This document shows, piece by piece, positions 37,831 through 52,054 of a DNA stretch of 64,000 bases (position 1 is its first letter; each line of letters starts with the position of its first letter). Source of the DNA: Octopus bimaculoides (lineage: Eukaryota); contig NC_068993.1 of assembly GCF_001194135.2 (NCBI RefSeq), forward strand, positions 17,573,110-17,637,109, given 5' to 3'. The notes beneath the pieces were generated by a model that had not been told where the DNA came from, ran no database searches, and saw only the letters and a list, made by a program, of their open reading frames with translations. Position numbers and translations under genes: made by a program.

Positions 37831-38424
37831 GGTGATGCAAATTCCAAGTGTGGCTGCACCATAACCATATATAGCTTTAAATAGATAGCTGGAGAGCAGC
37901 TGTCAAAGGTCTTACTGTGTGATGCCAAGACACCCTCAGCCACCTACCAAATTGCACTCACATAGTGCTGGTTAAAGTGGGTCTACAATGGAAGGATAAT
38001 TGTCCAAGATACTCTGTTGTAGGATCAAGCCTGAAACTTCATGGTTGTAAAGTAAACTTCTTAATCATTCAGCTGTGAAAAACAAATTTAGTCAAACTTG
38101 AGTGAATTTTTAGTTCGTAAAAATATTTGTTCAGAATTTTAAAATTGAGTTTCACTTCATAAATTGCTTAGCAACTAAAATTGTAAAGTGTGTGTGTGTG
38201 TGAATGCATTTACATAGATTGTGGGTATTAATGTAAAGTGATATATATATATATATATATACATACACACACACACATATAATATCTAAATGTATATTTT
38301 ACACATACTTCATGGTGCATTGTAAATCACCAACTGTTGATAATATTACTATTGAGCAAATATTGGGGGTGTCTTCATTTATTATTTGTTAATTTTAAAA
38401 TAGATCACCACTGGACTCCTCCAC

Positions 38425-38547
38425 ATCATCATCATCATCATCATCGTCATCGTCATCATCATCATCATCGCCATCATTTTTGTCATTGTCATTGCCATGT
38501 CTGCTGTTACTGCCACCAGCACTAGCACTACTAGCACCATCAGTGGT

Positions 38548-38578
<31 letters not shown>

Positions 38579-38660
38579 CCACCACCACCACCACCACCAC
38601 CACCGCCACCACCACCACCATCATCATCATCATGATCATCACCATCATCATCAAGCCTTT
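38425..38660. repeat. Compound trinucleotide microsatellite (CAT/CAG/CAC)
   Basis: (cat)n-(cag)n-(cac)n-(cat)n blocks. Confidence 0.9.
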
Positions 38661-40679
38661 AGCCACCATTGTTGCTCCCATCACCAGCACCAACACCTAG
38701 GTGAGTCAATAAGGTGGGCTGTATGTGGTTTACAAAACCTACAAGAAATAGCAGCTGAATCTCTCTCAAATAACACTGAACAAGCTTAAAATCACTATTG
38801 CTACTCATTGTTAAAAAAAAAAATACTTTGTCATTCTAGTTACATAAAAAGACTGCTGTATATCCCTGGAAAATCCACAGGTGGTAAATATTCAGTTTTA
38901 TAGTTAATCTATAGTTAATTATATACGGCAAACTGAATCGAAAGGGATTCATTGAATATATATGATCTATGCATGGACAGTTATATGTTTGTTCATTTTA
39001 ATTTTAATTCAGTATTCAGCTTACTGTATGATATGTTTGCGTTTCTATGAAATATAGAGATTCTAAAAGCATCAGAGCCCAGCTAACTAAATGACTTTGT
39101 TAGTAGTTCTACAATATCCAGGCCTAGTGAAAGTAATATAAAGGTGGGGATGGACAAACAGAGAAGAAGAGACACACTGCCAATTATATTAGTAGATTGT
39201 CATGTGTCTTCATTTAACTGTTTGTCCTCCTCCGCCCCTTCCTCCTCGACTGGCTCTCTCCCCCATAATTTCGGGCCTTGTGCCTAGAATAGAAAAGAAT
39301 GTTTACAGTTGTTATAGGATTCATTGTGTGAAAGATAAGGGGAATAAATACCTTTCTTGGAAATGAGTAAAGGTTGGTGACAGGAAAAGCATCCAGCCAT
39401 AAAATATTACCTCATCAAGTCTTGTCAAACCCATATCGTCAAGAAAAAATAGATAAAATAATGATAATAATGAAAAGGATGTTTAAGACACGTTATCACT
39501 GAACAAGCCACTCTTCTATCTCTATGTTCCTAATGTTACTATTAAATGCTGCTCCATATAATATCTCCTGAAGCCCTAAAAGTGCTTCTACAGATCCCTA
39601 TGATATTCTAATTTCATGACAGATAAGAGGTAGTTCTCCCCTTCATAGAATGTCAGTGTATTGAGGATAACATTCCCATACAATTTGCTACCCATTTCCA
39701 AGCAAACAGGTGAGCAGAAAAATATTGCGCTAGAAGTAGAGCCTAAATACTCAACAAAACACCACTTACAATTTATCAACTCATAGTTTACTGCCTTATC
39801 TAGTTGGCCTGTCATAACTAGTTGGCCTGCTAAACCTTTTCAGTTAAGTTGAACAACTTATAAAGTACAACTGACATGTAGTTAGGTGGTGTATTGTTAC
39901 TCTAAACAAGAGCGGTATTAGTGTGGTAATTTAAAACCCTTTCTAATATCTAACACTGTTTTACTGTGGTTGCCAATGTATAAGGCAAAATAAATTTACA
40001 ATTAATCCAGATGTTAAATACATTTTCTGAAGTATGGAGGTTGAAATGAATACAACTAATCTGTTCCGTCACATTCCCTCCCCTTTTAAAAGTAAGACAA
40101 TGAGATTGTTACACATACAGACATATTGAAAGAGAAAAGCAAGGTATGGTATTTGCCATGCAGAGTGTAAATATCTTACCTCTGTTAGTTTGTTGTCAGG
40201 GAGAGGAAATACTTTAAAATTTTGGGCTGAACCTTTAATCAGAAAATGAAGCACTCGTTTTATTCCAAATTCTTTGTGATGACTGGCCCTGATACATTGT
40301 TTCTGTTGCCATCATTTTGTCAATGGCAGCTTCAGCTGGGTTGGTGGGTTTGGCATTGATGGTATTAGCAGCATCAGTGCTGGCATCATTTACTGTCCAT
40401 TTTTCCAATGCTTGCATGGGTTAGATGGAATTTGTTGAGGCAGATTTTTCTAAGGCTGGATGCTCTTCTTGCCTGCATCCCTCACCTGTTTCCAAGCAAA
40501 GTAATGTTTTCCTATGCCCAGACATGCTTCTACAAAAGACTGGAAATGGAAGACACTACTTGTTAATGACTTGTAGGGATGTGATATTCCGTTATACACT
40601 CATAATATACTACAAAGTATATTAAACGTTTTTATAAGTCAATACTGTGTTAGCAGTGTGCTTTACATCACTTGGTAAG

Positions 40680-40782
40680 GTTCAGTCCCACTGCGTGGCA
40701 CCTTGATCAAGTGTCTTCTACTATAGCCTTGAGCTGATCAAAGCCTTGTGAGTGAATTTGGTAGATGGAAGCTGAAAGAAGC

Positions 40783-40859
<77 letters not shown>

Positions 40860-41068
40860 TTGTGTGTCTGTGTTTGTCCCCCCACCATCACTTGACAACC
40901 GATGTTGGTATGTTTACATCCCCATAACATAGCAGTTCGGCAAAATAGACCGATAGAATAAGTACTAGGCTTACAAAGAACAAATCCTGGGGTTGATTAG
41001 TTCAACTAAAGGCGGTGCTCCAGCATGGCCACAGTCAAATGACTGAAGCAAGTAAAAGAAAAAGAATA
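40680..41068 (+). mobile_element. SINE family A
   Basis: ggttcagtcccactgcgtggcaccttg...(TA)n...cagcatggccacagtcaaatgactgaagcaagtaaaaga. Confidence 0.9.
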
Positions 41069-42548
41069 CAGCGATGATGTTTTGCTGGCTGCCTAGAGCA
41101 GTATTTCTCATGCAGGGTTGGTCCAACCCATGCCAGCAAGGAAAATAGGCATAAAATGATGATGATGAAGAGGAGGAGAGGGAGGTGTGAGGATGAAGCT
41201 GACCGTTCCTTAGAAACTAGGTATTGTAAGAAATAATTATATTCTAATTTCTAATGCATTTATGTGTCTTTTTGTATTTTATTCTGTGTTCGTAATTTTA
41301 TTACACATGATGTGGGTAATGATGATGAGGCACAGTATATCTCCCAAATGTGTGTGTGTTTGAGGTAGTTGGTTGGTTGGTTGGTTGGTTGGTTGGGGTA
41401 TTGTCATCTGTAGGTCATAAGGAGATTCTGCAGGGAAAAATGACCTCTTGCTAGGGAATTGCAATAAAATTTGGCCTAAACCAGGTCGTAGTTAAAATGA
41501 AATTTCCCTCTCATCCTTGGTGGCATTTGGTGGATTTGGCACAGTCAAACTTTTTCAAGACAGTCTTTTTATTTAATTTCTTATGGAATTTGACTTTATG
41601 AAAGAAAAAGAAAAAGAAAAAATTGATAAAGAAAGCAAGGTTGCAAAACATTGACCTAAAGAAATGAACTGTACCCTTTTTGTGTATCTTTGTATAGCTC
41701 AGTGAATGAGGTCATTAATAAATATTTAAATATCTGGGATAAATTGTTATTCATACTGTTAAAATTTTTTATGCGTTATAACCTCATCTAGAGAGATGAA
41801 AGCATTTTTACTATCTCCAACTATTACTACATTTCATTCAGTCTGATCTTTATTCAGCATCATGTGTCTTAGACATATACATAATTAATACCAGACTGGA
41901 TTTGAACAAGGAATCTTTATTTTTAAACTAGGGGAAATAATGTTCTTATCCACTAGGTCAATGGTGCATTTGCACAAAAAAAAAAAACAATTTGAAAAAT
42001 TGTAATCTTATTAGGTCGTTAAAAGTTAGGAGTGCCACTGATAATATATAAACTTCCTGCCTTTTTCTGGTAGGCCAACACAAGCACCCTGTTGACTCAG
42101 CTAAACATTGGTTTGGTTAATTCGACCTAATTGATCTCTGAACTTTCAATCATTCAAGTTAACTGGTGTAACTCTAATGATGTATGATTTAGATTGCGTT
42201 AATGATCTCTCTGAGCCAAGTGCCATGCTTTACATGGTAGACTTCCTTTATTGATTAACTTCATAGCAGTCCCTTTAGTCTGAGTTCTCAACTCAAGCAT
42301 GATGCTTTTTAAATAGGTCCTTCTTATAAGGAACAATGTCTATAGTAACAAACAGTACAAGAAAAGAGAATATCTTAGAAAATATGGAATAGTTGTAATT
42401 GGGATTGTTGATTTAGAACAAATCTGTTTATTATAGAGTGTTAATATTTGTATTAATAAAAACAGCAAACTGGTAGAATTGTTATCATCCCTGGTGAAAT
42501 GCTTATCAGAATTTCGTGTGTCTTTATGTTCTGAGTTAAAATTTTGCC

Positions 42549-42940
42549 TGTGGAAGCGCAATGGCCCACTGGTTAGGGCAGCGGACTTGCGGTCGTAGGA
42601 CTGTGGTTTCGATTCCCAGACCAGGCATTGTGAGTGTTGTTTATTGAGCGAAAACACTTAAAGCTCCACGAGCCTCTGGCAGGGGATGGTGGCGAACCCT
42701 GCTGTACTCTTTCACCACAATTTTCTCTCACTCTTTCTTCCTGTTTCTGTTGTGCCTGTAATTCAAAGGGTCAGCCTTGTCACACTGTGTCACGCTGAAT
42801 ATCCCCGAGAACTACGTTAAGGGTACACGTGTCTGTGGAGTGCTCAACCACTTGCACGTTAATTTCACGAGCAGGCTGTTCCGTTGATTGGATCAACTGG
42901 AACCCTTGTTGTCGTAACCGACGGAGTGCCATAAAAAAAA
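42549..42940 (+). mobile_element. tRNA-derived SINE family C (OR-type), full length, nested in a family B SINE with an 11-bp TSD
   Basis: Head gcgcaatggcccactggttagggcagcgg...gtttcgattccc; A-rich end; aaaattttgcc at 42538-42548 and again at 42941-42951. Confidence 0.88.
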
Positions 42941-44859
42941 AAAATTTTGCCAGGGTTAACTTTACCTTTCTTTCTTTCGGGGTTGATAAAATAAGTACCA
43001 GTTGAGCACTGGAGTTGATGTAATTGACTTACCCTCTCCCCAAAAATTGCTGGCCTTGTGCCAAAATTCGAAACCAATATTTGTAATAAGGTGGCAAGTT
43101 GGCAGAATCATTTGCATGTTGGGCAAAAGACTTTGCAGTATTTCGTCCATCTCTATGTTCTGAGTTCAAATTCCACGAAGGTTGACTTTACTTTTCATCT
43201 TTTCAGGGTCAATAAAATAAGTACCAGTTGAGCACTGGGATTGATGTGATCGACTTTCCCTCTTGCCTCATACTTACTGGCCTTGTATCGAAAATTTGAA
43301 AGCAATATTTGTATTATTAACACCCTGTATAAATGTTTGTATAAGTGGATCTGTGAATGCACAAGTGTTAGGAGATGACAAAGAACCAAAATATCTGACA
43401 CCTTGTTGTACTCAAGAAGACCTGTTCTCCACAGCAGAAGTGTTAATACTGCTCACCCTGATGAAAAGGATTAGCCTGTGAGAGCCCTGAACTGGCATCG
43501 TGTAAAAGCATTCATGCTGATGCCAGGTTAAAAGCACCCAGCATACACTGTAAAGTGGTTGGCATTAAGAAGAGCATCCAGCCGTAGAAACCTAGCCAAA
43601 TCAGACTGAAACCAGATACAGCTCTCCTGTTTGCTAGCTCTGGTCAAACTGTCCAACCTATTCCAGCATGGAAAATGGACATTAGAGGATGATGATGATG
43701 ATGATGATGAAGACGATGATGATTTGTCTCAATATCAACACTCTTGTGACCTGAGTAATAATAATAATAATAATAACACAACAACATCGAAAAATGCCTT
43801 AGGAATGAGAACCCAGGTTCGAAATTTCCCCAAGACACCTGATGAAGGCTGGAGGGTATATCAGCCAAAATGTTGTGTTAACAACAAACAAGATGAGGAC
43901 AAATATCCGTCGAATGTAAATAATGTAATCAACACCCTTTTTTTCTTTTTTTTTCTTCATCCTCAGCTGAAGAGAAAGGACTTGAAATGTTGGATTTTTT
44001 AAATTCTACACCCCACTTACTAACAACTGCTCTTATAAAACATGGGGTAACCATGACCCTTCTGTATAGCAAGACACCTTCACTTGTCCCTCTGTCATAC
44101 TTTAGCCTCTTAACACCTGGCATAAGGCTACTTACCCCCTCTCAATACTCCCCACCACACATGTACTTAGTTGAAGTGTGTGCATTTTTTATATTTCCTT
44201 TTGCAGCTCTTTTCCTGTCTTGTAAGTTGCTTGGTGACCTTACTAGTGCTGGTGGCATGAGAAAAGTACCCAGTACACATTGTAGAGTGGCTGGTATTAG
44301 GAAATGATATCCAGCTGTGGAAACAATAGAAACCAATTACAATTCAATGCAGCCTTGCAGTTCACAGGATCCTGTGAAGCCACCCAAATCATACTAGCAT
44401 GGAAAACAGGCACTAAATGATGATGATGATGGTGATGGTGATGGTGGTGGTGATGACAATGATGATGGTCATGATGATGACAATGAGAAGGATAACAACA
44501 ATGACAACAACGACGATGATGATGATGGATTGTCTGTCAATTCTCAAATTCACTAATCCTCACCAACAGAGTGTACCATGATGTGGTTGGTAATATGATG
44601 AACATCAAACCAGAAAGGAAAAAAAATCTCTGGTGTTCTGAGTGTTCCATCTTCCTCTGTTTTCCATGGAAAGTGTAGTATTATATGCTTTGAAATATGA
44701 GGAATCTGAAAATGAAAATAGTTTTCCCCCCTATGATGCACCATTTTGAAGTAGTTAGTAAGACATGAATAACGTACATATAACTTTGGAAATCACCTTC
44801 CAGCGATTTCATCCAGAAGGGTCTATTCAAGCCGTTGTCTTTGAGAAAAAGGTCAAAAT

Positions 44860-45420
44860 TCTTTTTAAAGTTTGGAAGATAATTCAACATTCACAAACTC
44901 TTGAAGCTGATTGAGAGAGTACCATATTAAATGATTGTGTAAAACAATGTACAACTTCTGTCAGTGATGCAGCTTTTCTGTTTATACTGACATCGACTGA
45001 TCCCCTAAACCTTTCTTGAAGCCTTTCCTTCTCATCAATAAATCGCAAAATATGTTAGGATTTCATTCAAAGGTTCGTAGTCTCACCAAACATGACAGCA
45101 ACAAATGCTGTTGTTTTCGATCATTGGGTTAATTACACCTTCCCTTGTAACAGCTATACAATTAAATGATTTCATTTTGAATATCACTTGGAAGTGATAT
45201 TCAATTTCACTATCATTTCAAAGCTGAGAAAACGTGTTCTTATACTGATAAACTAACAGACATGGGAAACAGAAAAATTTGTTCAGAATAGGTCATCTCA
45301 TCATTCACTCAGACTATTCATAATACTTTCAATCAAAATAACAATGACATTTCTATCTGCTCACTTCGGTTTTGATTTTCAGCTTAAGCTTTGGTTTGTC
45401 TTTTCTGAGAATGATAATAT
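44860..45420 (-). mobile_element. hAT (Tip100/ZMYM1-like) transposase remnant
   Basis: The minus strand reads NKFFCFPCLLV (TTF-type Zn finger, about 45250-45283) and LRFIDEKERLQERFRGSVDVSINRKAASLTEVV (about 44950-45048); many stops. Confidence 0.8.
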
Positions 45421-47080
45421 TCTTCTGATCTGTTTCAAAGTGGGAAAAGTAGAGAGAAAACTGAACTAATTGGCCCTTTTGCCATCCTGGAGATGATTGA
45501 AGGCATGAGAAATTCTACTGGGTTATAATGTTTTTAAATATATCGAAGCTTTATGCTAATAGATAATTTAGGTGCTAGTTTACTTTTTAATGTAACCTTT
45601 CTTAAATAACATTGAAAATTAAAAATATATACGCATGTGTGTGTCTTATATATATACGTGTGTGTGTGTCTTTGTGTCTGTGTTTGTCCTTCACCAATGC
45701 TTGACAAACGGCGTTAGTGTGTTTATGCTCTTGTAACTTAACAGTTCGGCACAGGAGACCAAAAGGATAAGCACCAGGCTTTGAAAAGAGTACTGGGGTA
45801 GATTCATTAGACTAAAAATTATTTAAGGTGGTGCCCCAGTGTGGCCACAATCTACTGATTGAAACAAGTAGTAGATGAAAGATAAAATGTGTGCTCTTCA
45901 GCACTGAATAATCGTACAAAATATATCAGAAAGCAATAAAACAAACTTGTAAATTGATTAAATATGCATTTCTTGTCTAAATCTGTCTGACTATGAGGAA
46001 AGCCTCAGGAAAGTCCTCTGAATAGGTAAGTTTTTGATCTCTGCTGTTCAGGACAGTAAAAACATCAGCATTTCAAGAGAAAAAAAGTCGACATGTTGGC
46101 TGGTTTAACATGGCTGAAAGGCAAGCAGTAAAATATCTGTTTTCTGTGTTTCACTTTCTTGACCACTCATTTTTTGCTTCCCTTCTTGAAAATAATAGAA
46201 TACAAAGAAAATAACATCACTGCTCTTACTATGACTGAAAGCAAGCAATAAGAAATTTACTTTTCTTTCCTTATGTTTCTGTTGACAACTAAACACCACT
46301 GAAAGGCAAGCAGTAAAATATCAATAATCAATTATATATTACACAAAATTTATCTATCATGGAAAACTAGTAAGGCATGCAATTGCATGCGCTGCACACA
46401 TAGACCCTTCACCCCTGGAAACCAGCGCTATGAGACAATATGACTCGGAAAGGATCTTTCCAATGCAAAAGTAGAATGGGACTTCCTTTCAAGAGTGTAA
46501 TTTGAATTATTTTTCAGGTGATTGATTTGTAATATGGATGCTTCCTCATAGGTTTGGCTGTGTGAAGTGTGTCTACGGAGTGTGATAAATGAATGCTGAG
46601 TGTAAAAGAAAGTTATGTGTTCTACCCCTGAAGGGTTCATGGGTACCCACGACAAAGGATGACATGGTAGACACATGGAAAGTGGTAAGGTTAGAGCTTC
46701 AGATGAGACGACAAAAGATTGAGACATACGGTGATATGTGGCATGACAAACCTGTCTATATTGTATTACTTAAGGTAAATGAATATCTGAAGACTGTTGA
46801 TGAGAATGATGATGATGATGATGATGATGATGAAATACATAATTTTTAGACAAAAGTATAAAAATGAACCCACAATGAATTCTATATTTCTTACAAACTT
46901 AATTTGTTACCATTGAATTTACATATAAGCACATACACATACTCACATGTATGCACACACACACACACACACAAGCACGCATACATCTATACATGTGTAT
47001 ATGCGTAATCACTAAGTTACACTTTTTTACACAACATTTGTTTTATCACCCCAGTAAGCATAAACAGAGACAGTCATATG

Positions 47081-47112
<32 letters not shown>

Positions 47113-47354
47113 CGCACGTGTGTGTGTTTGTATCTATGTCTGCGTTTATGTTTATTCTTACTGGTGTGAAGAAAAAAAGAAGCAAACCAATGTTGTGCAA
47201 AAAGTGTAACTTAGTGATATGACAAGTAGAAATCAATAAAATAATTACTGGACTGAAATAAGTATTAAGATGAATGTGGTTCAACTAGAACCCCTTGAAG
47301 GCAATTCCCTGCCTTGTATGGCTGTTGTCCAATTACTGAAACCATTTAAATAGT

Positions 47355-47403
<49 letters not shown>

Positions 47404-47848
47404 TATAGACATATGCATATACATGTGTATGTGTGAACATATGATTGTATATATATTATATATGCATATAAGTGTATATATATGTAACTAAGTGTATACA
47501 AATATATATATATATGTATGTATGTATATATATATAGATATGTATATACATATATAAATATATAATTTAGAGAAAATAACCAATGTTCATGAACTCCTCC
47601 ATGAAAATCCACAGTCATATATAGAAAAATTAATAAGTAGACACACTAAAAAGAACTATAGTAAAATACAAAGTAATTATCATAAAATAATAAAATGACT
47701 ACACGTGTTTCATAACCAAATTTTCAAATAGAAAATAAAATATAATCAAATTGATTAAATTGATTGAAAATCAATTCTATTCCAAAATATAGCTAATCTT
47801 CAGGTCAAAATATAACAATAATAATAATAAAATGAATATATATATATA

Positions 47849-48019
47849 GGCGCAGGAGTGGCTGTGTGGTAGGTAGCTTGCTTACCAACCACACAGTTCT
47901 GGGTTCAGTCCCACTGTGTGGCACCTTGGGCAAGTGTCTTCTACTATAGCTTTGGGCCGACCAAAGCCTTATGAGTGGATTTGGTAGACGGAAACTGAAA
48001 GCAGCCCGTCGTATATATG

Positions 48020-48092
<73 letters not shown>

Positions 48093-48385
48093 CAAAGAAT
48101 ATATATGCATGTATACACACATATATGTACATACTTACATCTACATGTGTATATAGATGCATATCAGGGTACAGGACGTTAGAACAATGAACTACAGACA
48201 ACGGAACGAATACATAGGAAAACAGATAGCCACTTGGAATAAATCCTTTGTTAGCTGCCTCTATTCTAACTCAACATATATATATATATGTAAGTATGTG
48301 TGTGTATATGTTTGTGTGTCTGTGTTTGTCCCCCAACATTGCTTGACAACCGATGCTGGTGTGTTTATGTCCCCGTCACTTAGCT
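47849..48385 (+). mobile_element. SINE family A with an internal insertion (48120-48275)
   Basis: ggcgcaggagtggctgtgtggt head; (TA)n interrupted by a different repeat whose inverted copy lies at 49335-49460; 3' truncated. Confidence 0.85.
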
Positions 48386-49526
48386 TGCCAACTCCAGTCG
48401 GACTGTCCACTCCATCCAGCATTAAATGTTAATGATAAAGTTGATGATGATGATGTTGATTTTCACATACTATAATGTAAAATTATATAAACTCTGGTTT
48501 TATTATCATCAACATAGTTTTGTCATCATCATCATTGATACCAGTAATACTTGCCTCCTCATTACATCATGCTTCTCATGCTCTTCGTCATCAATCTTTT
48601 TCCCTTACTTAATCTCATCTTCTTTTTGTCTTCCTCCTCATTATTTTACAACCTTCTTTTCTTCCTTTTCCTTCTCCCTTTCCTCCTTCTCCTTTTCCTA
48701 CTCCTCCTTTTCCTCCTCCACTTTTGCCACCCCCCCCACCACCATCACTGCTGCTGCTATAAATCGACACAAACTTTCTGGACAACCCAATACTTTTCAA
48801 GTATTCTTTGAACAGTTTACCTGGAAAGAAACAATGCCGCTAAGAAGAATTGAAATTAACGCATGAAAAATTTCACAGCTCTAGCATCACTCCTTCATAG
48901 TCAACCTATGAACTTTTCAGCCCACCCACAAATGTTAGAGAAGTGGCATGGATGATTAAGTGTGTGAGTGTATGAAAGGAGTTTGGCAGGTGGGTAGAGA
49001 TGGAGATAGAGGAAATGAGAAAAGCAAACTAAAACTCAACACGTATATTACACATGGGAAATAAACTTGAAAATAACCAAGAGTTAAGCCTTAAAAATTA
49101 AATGAAATGACCATGATTTTTTAGGTTATACTGGATTCTCATAATCCTTTGCATCTTACTACAATATGTGATGACACAGCACCACAACCATCATTTTTCG
49201 GAAGATGAGAGCTAGAAGATTTGGAAATCTTTATGGACCTAGTTACATTATTCTTCAACCTAAACATAAATGTTGAATATGAAGATATGAAAAATCTCTC
49301 TCTCTCTCTCTCTTTATATATATATATATATATATATATGTTTTCTATGTGGCCTGTGTGTTTTCTGTACTCTGTTTATCATTTTGTTCACGTTTTTTTG
49401 CAATGTCCTGTACCCAGATATGCATCTATATATACATGTAGATGTAGGTATGTACATACATGTACGTATATATGCATATACTCATATATTATTTGTATTA
49501 TATATATATGTATGTATGTATGTATG

Positions 49527-49562
<36 letters not shown>

Positions 49563-50717
49563 TGTGTGTGTGTGTGTGTGTGTGCGTGTGTAAATATATT
49601 TATCAAATAGGTTGGATCTGGAACTTACATTGGATTGTGAAACTGCATGCCCGCATGCATGGGTATATACAGGTGTGTTTGTATATGGCATATACTTGGA
49701 TGTGCAGATCTCAACCCTCACTTGGTGTCCTTAATATTGAAATGTCAAAAAGTCACATGTTAAAAAGAGAAGCACTTTGTATAGGAAATAGAACTAAATA
49801 ATTTCACACACATACATCTTTTACCTTTTACTTGTTTCAGTCATGTGACTGCGGCCATGCTGGAGCACCACTTTGAAGAATTTTTTAATGGAATGAATTA
49901 ACCCCAGCACTTATATTTTTTAAGCTTGTTACTTATTCTATCTGTCTCTTTTGCTGAACCTCTCAGTTACAAGGACCTAAACACACTAACACTGATTGGG
50001 GGACAAACACAGACACAAAGACACCCTTCCACACACACACACATGATGGGCTTCTTTCAGTTTCTGTCTATCCACTTACAAGGCTTTGGTCTGTCTGAGG
50101 CTGTAGTAGAAGACACTTACCTGAGGTGCTATGCAGTGGGACTGAACCCTGAACCTTGTGGCTGGAAAACAAGCTTCCTACCACACAGTCATACCTGTAT
50201 AATAAACACACACACACACACACACATGTGCACGCACATATGCACATATATAGCTCTTTCACTTGTGTCAATCATTAGACAACAGTTATACTGGGGTGCT
50301 GCCTTGAAGCATTTTTTTATGTCAGTCAACCATATTAACCCCATATTCATTTTTTAAAAGTCTGCTATTTATTTTATCGATTTCTATCTAACACACTTTT
50401 AAGTCATGGGTCCAAAAATGCACACAGCTTTTTTTTTTAGACGAATGTAAACACAACCATGCACCCACAGACACCTATCATTTCCATTCACAAGATAGAA
50501 AACATTCAACATGTCAGGTAGAAGAATTGAACCTGAGACCTTGAGATTATGTGGTTGCAAAGAAACATCTTAACTAAACAACCATGACTCTACATACATG
50601 TACACTTACCCACTGAAATACGTATATTTCTGTTCAAATTTTGAAACACACACACACACACACACACATGTATATGTATGTATGTAAGTATGCATGTTTG
50701 TATGTATACATACATAA

Positions 50718-50751
<34 letters not shown>

Positions 50752-51031
50752 GTGTATGTCTGTATGCATGCATATGTTTGTGTATATTTGTTTTATCATT
50801 ATCATCATTTAATGTTTTCCATACTAGCATGGGTAACACACACACACACAATGTATGTCTAATACAAACACTGACTTGTATTTTTATTTATGTGTATATA
50901 TGTATTTGTATATATGTATGTGCATATATATGTGTACATGTATATAGATAGATAGATAGATAGATGTATATATAAATCTTTATCAGTATGTGCATGTGTG
51001 TATTAAGTATTAGATAACACAAACATTTTGG

Positions 51032-51064
<33 letters not shown>

Positions 51065-52054
51065 NNNNNNNNNNNNNNNNNNNNNNNNNNNNNNNNNNNN
51101 NNNNNNNNNNNNNNNNNNNNNNNNNNNNNNNNNNNNNNNNNNNNNNNNNNNNNNNNNNNNNNNNATTCTAGCCAAATATTATATCGTTCAAATATTCCAA
51201 ATTTACTCGTTAGGCTTGTAAAAATTAGTTTTAATCGACACATACAGAAATATACATTTGCACATACACACACATAGTTAAATATAAAAATGGATGCTCT
51301 TGATAATTAGGGTAGTGTATTTTAACGCAAACTACTAGAAATTATTCGTCACACCATTCCTAGATCAGCTATGAATTTCATGTTAACTGGTTTTCCCTTA
51401 GCAAAATGTATTTTGTAATAGTTTGGAAAATACAACATGAATGAAAGAGATAAACATTGTAAAAGCTGAAGAAAAACTGGGTCTGAGAAAGCACCGAAAA
51501 GTACATAAGACATTGCATAGAAGTAATAAAAGAAAAATAAACAAATAAACACACATCCCTCCTCCCAATTCATCTTTTATTTAGTTACCAAACACACAGT
51601 GTCAACTCACAACTTAAAACCCAATTGGTTAATTTCAGCTGTTATAATAACCCCCGCGGCAAATATATTGAGAGAAAAAAATAGGTTTTAACTATTAAAA
51701 AATCACTTTTGAAAAAGTGCAATATTATGAAACAGTTTCATTTAAATTTTATATATGTATTTGAAAACTTTCTATGCGTAAATTTTATTTTATGTCAATT
51801 AAAAATCTAAATATTCGCCGGCGTAACTCAGCTGTTCTTTTTACCTCCTACGAAATTCATAAAATGGCTGTCTATGAATGGATATATCGTGGTACTAAGT
51901 ACTATTATGGTTGAATAATTGAAATTTCCACTATTTAAAATATTGAAATAAAGTTATTAATGGAATGAGAGTTCAATAGAGCATTAGCAACCGTTGGCTA
52001 AATTTTATTGCTGGAGTATGTTTTTACTTTTCTGAGCCTTTCAATGCTGTCCCG

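Noticed and set aside
38403-38706. Low-complexity ORF ending at a perfect AG|GTGAGT donor
   Set aside because: Compound trinucleotide microsatellite; all three frames from the nearest acceptor hit a stop before or at the donor.
39570-39715. Plus-strand acceptor/donor pair (CAG|GTGAGC); similar pairs at 21258-21342, 28184 and 29617-29671
   Set aside because: Peptides are unrecognisable or stop-containing, and there is no plus-strand promoter or consistent exon chain between 13 and 51 kb.
41890-41965. tRNA-like sequence on the minus strand (A-box- and GTTCAAATCC-like motifs)
   Set aside because: No cloverleaf or anticodon arm can be formed; a decayed SINE head or pseudo-tRNA at best.
50610-50629. 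Possible 3-nt (TGG) or 20-nt minus-strand microexon before GTAAGT
   Set aside because: It sits among microsatellites without a real polypyrimidine tract; such AG/GT pairs are frequent by chance.
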